Shown one piece after another: positions 59,115 through 64,000 of a stretch of DNA of 64,000 nt; position 1 is the first letter of the stretch, and every line of letters starts with the position of its first letter. The position numbers were made by a program, and so were the translations under genes. The notes under the pieces are model-generated. The model was not told the DNA's origin, did no database searches, and saw nothing but the letters and a program-made list of their open reading frames with translations. Origin of the DNA: Candidatus Latescibacterota bacterium. Its GTDB lineage: Bacteria; Krumholzibacteriota; Krumholzibacteriia; WVZY01; JAKEHA01. The stretch is from contig OY970173.1 of NCBI GenBank assembly GCA_963707635.1, positions 2,016,001 through 2,080,000 on the forward strand, read 5' to 3'.

Positions 59115-60136
59115 GAGCCCGGCTCCTGGAACTGCTCGAGGAAGCGGAGGTCGTTCGCCAGGAACATGCGGATATCGGTGATCCCGTGGCGGATCATGGC
59201 GATGCGGTCGACGCCGACGCCGAAGGCGAACCCCGAGTACTGGTCCGGGTCGTAGCCGACGCCGCGCAGCACGTTCGGGTGGACCATGCCCGCCCCGAGG
59301 ATCTCGATCCACCCCGTCTGCCCGCAAATCCCGCACCCGCTACCGTTGCACGCGAAGCACGACATGTCGACGTCCACGCTCGGCTCCGTGAACGGAAAGA
59401 AATGCGGCTTGAAGCGCACCTGGATGGTGGGTCCGAAGAGCTCGCGCAGGAACAACAGGAGGTCGCCGCGCAGGTCCGCCATGGTGACGGCGGTGTCGAT
59501 GAAGAGCCCCTCGACCTGGTGGAACTCGGCCTGGTGGGAGGCGTCGATCGCCTCGTTGCGATACACGCGTCCCGGCGCGTAGATCTTCAGCGGCGGCTTG
59601 TTCTCCTCCATGAAGCGCACCTGAATGGGCGAGGTGTGCGTGCGCAGCAGGATGCTGTCGGACACGTAGAACGTGTCCTGGAGGTCGCGTGACGGGTGCT
59701 CGTCGGGAAAATTGAGCGCCTGAAAATTGTAGTACTCGAGCTCGACTTCGGGGCCGGTCGCGAGGCGGTACCCCATGCCCTCGAGGATGTCGGCGATGCG
59801 CCGGAAGGTCTGGCTGATCACGTGGCGGCGTCCCACCACGCCCGCCGAGGCCGGAAGCGTCCCGTCCAGCGGCGCGCGGTAAAGCGGGTTGGCGTCGCCC
59901 CCGCCCAGTTCCGAGCGCCGCGCGTCGAGGAGCGACTCGCACAGCTGCTTGAGCCGGTTGGCCTCCCCTCCCAGGCGCGGGCGCTCGTCGGCGGACGCGC
60001 TCCCGACGGCGCGCAGGAGGCCGGTGACGACCCCCTTGCGGCCCAGATACCGGACGCGGACGACTTCGAGGTCGTCCAGGCTGGAGCACGCGGCGATGTC
60101 TCGGCGAAGGGAGGATTCGATGGCGCTGGTGTCCAT
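59111..60136 (-). CDS. pheS: Phenylalanyl-tRNA synthetase alpha subunit
   Basis: LLRTHTSP, FHQVEG, FPFTEPS, GAGMVHP, GFAFG. Confidence 0.97.
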   Translation of the reverse strand: MDTSAIESSLRRDIAACSSLDDLEVVRVRYLGRKGVVTGLLRAVGSASADERPRLGGEANRLKQLCESLLDARRSELGGGDANPLYRAPLDGTLPASAGVVGRRHVISQTFRRIADILEGMGYRLATGPEVELEYYNFQALNFPDEHPSRDLQDTFYVSDSILLRTHTSPIQVRFMEENKPPLKIYAPGRVYRNEAIDASHQAEFHQVEGLFIDTAVTMADLRGDLLLFLRELFGPTIQVRFKPHFFPFTEPSVDVDMSCFACNGSGCGICGQTGWIEILGAGMVHPNVLRGVGYDPDQYSGFAFGVGVDRIAMIRHGITDIRMFLANDLRFLEQFQEPGS

Positions 60137-60154
60137 CGGGGCGACGGCCGGCGC

Positions 60155-60520
60155 CTAGCGGGAGGTACCCGACGCCGCCTTCGCGACGTCGGCCAGCTTG
60201 CTGAATCCGGCGGCGTCGTGGACCGCCATCTCCGCCAGCATCTTGCGGTCGACGTCGACCGCGGCCTTCTTGAGGCCGCTGATGAAACGGCTGTACGAGA
60301 GCCCGTTCACGCGCGCCGCGGCGTTGATGCGCGCGATCCAGAGCGCGCGGAAGTGGCGCTTCTTTTGTTTGCGATCCCGGTAGGCGTAGACCCCGGCCCG
60401 TTCCACGGTCTCGCGCGCGGTGCGGTACAGCGTGCGCCGACCGCCGACGTTGCCCTTCGCCTGCTTGAGTACCTTCTTGCGGCGCTCGCGCCCGGCGACC
60501 GTGTTCTTTGTGCGTGGCAT
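60155..60520 (-). CDS. rplT: 50S ribosomal protein L20
   Basis: [24 protein letters not shown]. Confidence 0.97.
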   Translation of the reverse strand: MPRTKNTVAGRERRKKVLKQAKGNVGGRRTLYRTARETVERAGVYAYRDRKQKKRHFRALWIARINAAARVNGLSYSRFISGLKKAAVDVDRKMLAEMAVHDAAGFSKLADVAKAASGTSR

Positions 60521-60605
60521 GACAAATCCTCCTTGCGGCGCGCTTTTTCGCGGGCGGCGCCGTGCCCGCAGACGTTGCTGCCCGGGTGGTTCGCCCGGGC
60601 GTGAC

Positions 60606-60800
60606 CTACATCACCAGCATGCGCCGAACGCGCTTCATGTCCGACGCGTTCACGAGCGCGCTCTTGCGCAGGCCGCGTTTGCGCTTGGTGGTCTTCTTGG
60701 TCAGGATGTGGTTCTTGAACGCCTTGTTGCGGCGGATCTTGCCGGTCCCCGTCTTACGAAAGCGTTTCTTCGCCGACCGGCTTGTCTTTAACTTCGGCAT
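60606..60800 (-). CDS. rpmI: 50S ribosomal protein L35
   Basis: [21 protein letters not shown]...HILTKK. Confidence 0.96.
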   Translation of the reverse strand: MPKLKTSRSAKKRFRKTGTGKIRRNKAFKNHILTKKTTKRKRGLRKSALVNASDMKRVRRMLVM

Positions 60801-61401
60801 GGCTGACTTCCTTTTCTTCCGGCTCGCGCTTCGCTGCGGGCGTCGCGCGCGGCTTGGGCTGCGGACCCGACTTGGCCGGCAGCGGTGCCATGTACATGAT
60901 CATGAGCCGCCCCTCGAACTCGGGGTTGCGCTCGACTTGCCCCACGTGCACCAGATCCTTGGTGAGGCGATCCAGGATGCGGTACCCGAGCTCCTTGTGG
61001 TCGAGCTCGCGGCCGCGAAACATCAAGGTGAACTTCACCTTGAAATGTTTGGAGAGAAACTCTTCCGCGTGGCGCTTCTTGAACTGGTAATCGTGCTCTT
61101 CCGTCTTCGGGCGGAACTTGACTTCCTTGATCTGGAACGTGTGCTGTTTCTTCTTGGACTGCTTCTGCTTCTTGCTCTGCTCGTACTTGAACTTCCCGAA
61201 ATCCATGATCCGGCAGACCGGCGGACGCGAGGTCGGCGAGACTTCCACCAGGTCGAGCCCCTGCTCGCCGGCCAGGCGTATCGCCTGGGCCGTCGGCATC
61301 ACGCCGAGCTGGTTGCCGTCCGCCCCGACGACGCGGACCTCGGGGACACGAATCTGCTCGTTGGCCCGAATGCGCGGTTTTCTTGTTCGATCGAAGCTGA
61401 T
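60754..61401 (-). CDS. infC: Translation initiation factor IF-3 (non-canonical ATC start)
   Basis: AAGGAGG-5nt-ATC, then in frame [25 protein letters not shown]...[21 protein letters not shown]. Confidence 0.93.
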   Translation of the reverse strand: MSFDRTRKPRIRANEQIRVPEVRVVGADGNQLGVMPTAQAIRLAGEQGLDLVEVSPTSRPPVCRIMDFGKFKYEQSKKQKQSKKKQHTFQIKEVKFRPKTEEHDYQFKKRHAEEFLSKHFKVKFTLMFRGRELDHKELGYRILDRLTKDLVHVGQVERNPEFEGRLMIMYMAPLPAKSGPQPKPRATPAAKREPEEKEVSHAEVKDKPVGEETLS

Positions 61402-61421
61402 CGTCTCCTCCTTCGGGACAC

Positions 61422-61530
61422 AAAAAAACGGATGCCAGGCATCCGCTTCCGACTTCGCCCCCGGCGAATCGTCACGAACCTGGCCGGTCGTCTAGACAGC
61501 GGCAGGTGAGGGGCAGGCCCCTGCTTCCCG
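61422..61530 (-). promoter_or_regulatory. Ribosomal protein L20 leader-like RNA with intrinsic terminator
   Basis: Minus strand AAGCA-GGGGC-CT-GCCCC-TCACCTG...CCAGGTT, then hairpin CGGATGCC-TGGCATCCG and T7 just before the infC SD. Confidence 0.65.
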
Positions 61531-61576
61531 ACGGCGGACCCGGCTGGGGTCGACGCCAATGTATAGAGTGCGCAGT

Positions 61577-63499
61577 CTACCCGGCGACCGCGGCCTCGTC
61601 AACCATTTCCGCGACGAAGTCCGCCAGCGGCTTCTGGCCGAGGTCGCCGCGGCCGTGCGCCCGCACCGAGACCTTCCCTTCCGCCGCCTCGCGCGCACCC
61701 ACCACCGCCATGAACGGGACCTTGTGGACCTCGGCCTCACGGATCCGGTAACCGATCTTCTCGTCGCGCGCGTCCGTCTCCACGCGAATCCCGGCGTCAC
61801 GCAGCGCCAACGCGACCGTCTCGGCGTGCCCGCTCGCCTCGGCGCTCACCGGCAGCACGACGCACTGGACTGGTGCCAGCCAGGTCGGAAACGCGCCGGC
61901 GTAGTGCTCGGTGAGGATGCCCATGAAGCGCTCGATGGACCCGAACAGCGCGCGGTGGACCATGAACACCGGCTTGCGCTCCCCGCTGCTGGCCACGTAG
62001 GTGACGTCGAAGCGCCGGGGCAGGTTGAAATCGAACTGAATGGTCGACAGCTGCCAGAAGCGCCCGATCGCGTCGATCACCTTGACATCGATCTTGGGGC
62101 CGTAGAACACCGCCTCGCCCTCCATGCGCTTGTACGCGAGCCCGTGGCGCTTGACCGCGTCTTCGAGCGCGGACTCGGCCATCCGCCACTCGTCGTCGCT
62201 GCCCGCGTACTTGCCCGGGTTGGCGGGGTCGCGCACGCTCAACTCGACGTTGAACCGGTCGAACCCGAAGCGCGTGAGCACGCTCAGCGCGAAGTCGAGG
62301 GTCGCGTCGACTTCGGACGCGATCTGCTCCGGCGTGCAAAAGATGTGGCCGTCGTCCTGGGTGAAGCCGCGAACGCGCAGGAGCCCGTGGAGCGCGCCCG
62401 AGAGCTCGTGGCGGTACACCGTTCCCATCTCCGCCAGACGCACGGGGAGTTCGCGGTAGCTGTGGAGCTTGCGCTTGTAGACCAGGATGTGTCCCGGACA
62501 GTTCATCGGCTTGACCACGTATTCCTGGCCGTCGACGTCCATGGTGAACATGTGCTCGCGGTAATACGTCAAATGCCCGGATGTCTTCCAGAGGTCGGAC
62601 TTCGCGATGTGGGGCGTGTTCACTAGCTGGTAGCCGCGGCGGCGGTACTCGCGCTTGAGGTACTGCTCCATCACCTCGCGCACGACGGCGCCGCGCGGGT
62701 GCCAGAACACCAGGCCGCCGCCCGCTTCGTCCTTCACGTCGAAGAGGTCGAGCGCGCGGCCGAGCTTGCGGTGGTCGCGCTTCTCGGCCTCCGCCAGTTG
62801 GTGGAGGTACGCCTCCAGCTCCGCCTTCTTGAAGAAGGCGGTGGCGTAGATGCGCTGGAGCATCGGCCGGGTCGAGTCTCCGCGCCAGTAGGCTCCTGCG
62901 GTCGAGAGCAGCTTGAAGTGTTTGATGCGTTTCGACGTGTCGAGGTGCGGGCCCGCGCACAGGTCGACGAAACGCCCCACGGTATAGATGGATACCGTGT
63001 TCCCCGGGATGTCGTCGATGAGCTCCAGTTTGTAGCGCTGGCCGAGGCGGGCGAAGTATTCGCGCGCGCGAGCCTTGTCCCACACCTCGCGCTGAATCGG
63101 CATCTCGGAGCGCACCAGTTCGTTCATGCGCGCTTCGATGCGAGCCAGGTCCTCGGGGGTAAACGGGCGCTCGACCTCGAAGTCGTAGTAGAAGCCGGTG
63201 TCGATGGGCGGACCGATCGCGAACTTCGTCCCCGGGAACAATTCCGACACGGCGTGCGCGAGCACGTGCGAGGTCGTGTGCCGCAGCACGTAGAGGCTCT
63301 GCTCGTCGGTCTCGCGCAGGGCCCGGAACGTTCCTTCGCCCGCGATGGCCTGGTGGGTGTCGCGCAACTCGCCGCCGAACAGCACCGCGACGGTGTCACC
63401 GCGCAGTCGCGGGCCGATGCTCGCCAGCACGTCGGCCACCGCGACCTCGCTACCTTCGAATGATTTGACGGCGCCGTCAGGCAGGGTCACTCGGACCAT
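61577..63499 (-). CDS. thrS: Threonyl-tRNA synthetase
   Basis: RHTTSHVLA, DLCAGPH, RDHRKLG, KPMNCPGH, FYGPKID, MVHRA. Confidence 0.97.
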   Translation of the reverse strand: MVRVTLPDGAVKSFEGSEVAVADVLASIGPRLRGDTVAVLFGGELRDTHQAIAGEGTFRALRETDEQSLYVLRHTTSHVLAHAVSELFPGTKFAIGPPIDTGFYYDFEVERPFTPEDLARIEARMNELVRSEMPIQREVWDKARAREYFARLGQRYKLELIDDIPGNTVSIYTVGRFVDLCAGPHLDTSKRIKHFKLLSTAGAYWRGDSTRPMLQRIYATAFFKKAELEAYLHQLAEAEKRDHRKLGRALDLFDVKDEAGGGLVFWHPRGAVVREVMEQYLKREYRRRGYQLVNTPHIAKSDLWKTSGHLTYYREHMFTMDVDGQEYVVKPMNCPGHILVYKRKLHSYRELPVRLAEMGTVYRHELSGALHGLLRVRGFTQDDGHIFCTPEQIASEVDATLDFALSVLTRFGFDRFNVELSVRDPANPGKYAGSDDEWRMAESALEDAVKRHGLAYKRMEGEAVFYGPKIDVKVIDAIGRFWQLSTIQFDFNLPRRFDVTYVASSGERKPVFMVHRALFGSIERFMGILTEHYAGAFPTWLAPVQCVVLPVSAEASGHAETVALALRDAGIRVETDARDEKIGYRIREAEVHKVPFMAVVGAREAAEGKVSVRAHGRGDLGQKPLADFVAEMVDEAAVAG

Positions 63500-63540
63500 G
63501 TCGTTCTCACATCCACACTCGTGGGCCTCTGGGGTGGCGA

Positions 63541-63617
63541 TGGTGGGCGATAGTGGACTTGAACCACTGACCTCCTGCGTGTCGAGCAGGCGCTCTAGCC
63601 AACTGAGCTAATCGCCC
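63541..63617 (-). tRNA. tRNA-Val (GAC)
   Basis: GGGCGATTAGCTCAGTTGGCTAGAGCG-CCTGC-TCGACAC-GCAGG-AGGTCAGTGGTTCAAGTCCACTATCGCCCACCA. Confidence 0.95.
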
Positions 63618-63645
63618 CAACCGGTTGATCTTAGAGAGTCTCCGC

Positions 63646-63674
63646 AGGGTACGTCGCGCGCGTGGTGGGGTCAA
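63646..63674 (-). promoter_or_regulatory. Sigma-70-type promoter for tRNA-Val/thrS
   Basis: TTGACC-N17-TACCCT on the minus strand, 28 nt upstream of the tRNA. Confidence 0.6.
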
Positions 63675-63677
63675 GTG

Positions 63678-63709
63678 AAAAGGCGGCCGGACCTTGCGAT
63701 CCGGCCGCC
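63678..63709 (-). terminator. Rho-independent terminator of dnaK
   Basis: GGCGGCCGGATC-GCAA-GGTCCGGCCGCC-TTTT, 18 nt after the dnaK stop. Confidence 0.85.
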
Positions 63710-63727
63710 CCGCCCGGGAAACGAGCG

Positions 63728-64000
63728 TTATGATTTCTTCTTGTCGCCGTCGAGGATCTCGTACTCGGCGTCGGCGACGTCGCCGCCCGGCCCATCGCCC
63801 CGACCGGCTTCCGCGGGACCGGACGCGGATCCCTGGGCAGCGCCCTCCGCCGCGCCCGGCGGGGGTGACGCCTGCTGGTACATCCGCTGCGCGACCTCCT
63901 GCCAGGTGGCGTTGAGCCGCTCGGTCGCCGATTTCATCTCGGAGGCGCGTTCCGACTTGAGGGCGGCCTTCACCGCTTCCACGTCGGACTCCAGTCTGGA
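63728..64000 (-). CDS. dnaK: Chaperone DnaK, C-terminal end (partial)
   Basis: LN..WQEVAQRMYQQA...DVADAEYEILD tail typical of DnaK. Confidence 0.85.
   Translation of the reverse strand, partial: SRLESDVEAVKAALKSERASEMKSATERLNATWQEVAQRMYQQASPPPGAAEGAAQGSASGPAEAGRGDGPGGDVADAEYEILDGDKKKS

Overview
High-GC bacterial chromosomal window in which every credible gene lies on the minus strand. The gene content suggests an FCB-adjacent diderm lineage such as Krumholzibacteriota, Latescibacterota or Eisenbacteria; this is inference only. Right part (46-64 kb), housekeeping genes in transcription order: dnaK 3' end, tRNA-Val, thrS, L20-leader-like attenuator, infC (ATC start), rpmI, rplT, pheS, pheT, zapB-like, zapA, 6S RNA, an internally deleted rny, ymdB, folD, xseA, xseB, ispA, DUF212, dxs, nadK, recN and tRNA-Arg. 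Left part (1.1-45.4 kb), a ~44 kb cell-surface glycan and protein-sorting locus. It contains a GAF-GGDEF cyclase, nucleotide-sugar enzymes, Wza/Wzz/tyrosine kinase, several glycosyltransferases, a large two-domain lyase-like protein, a kinase, deacetylases and an O-antigen-ligase-like protein. It also has an exosortase-EpsI pair coupled to a protein with a T9SS/FlgD-type C-terminal domain, a TPR lipoprotein, a PorV-family-SPOR fusion, a priming sugar transferase, CDP-sugar enzymes and a Wzm/Wzt ABC exporter. The locus ends in a sensor kinase plus sigma-54 activator, and five canonical sigma-54 (-24/-12) promoters head its sub-operons. lptE and the 5' part of holA close the window. Many starts were re-called from the ORF track using SD sites and stop/start overlaps. 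All family assignments come from motif recognition, not database searches.
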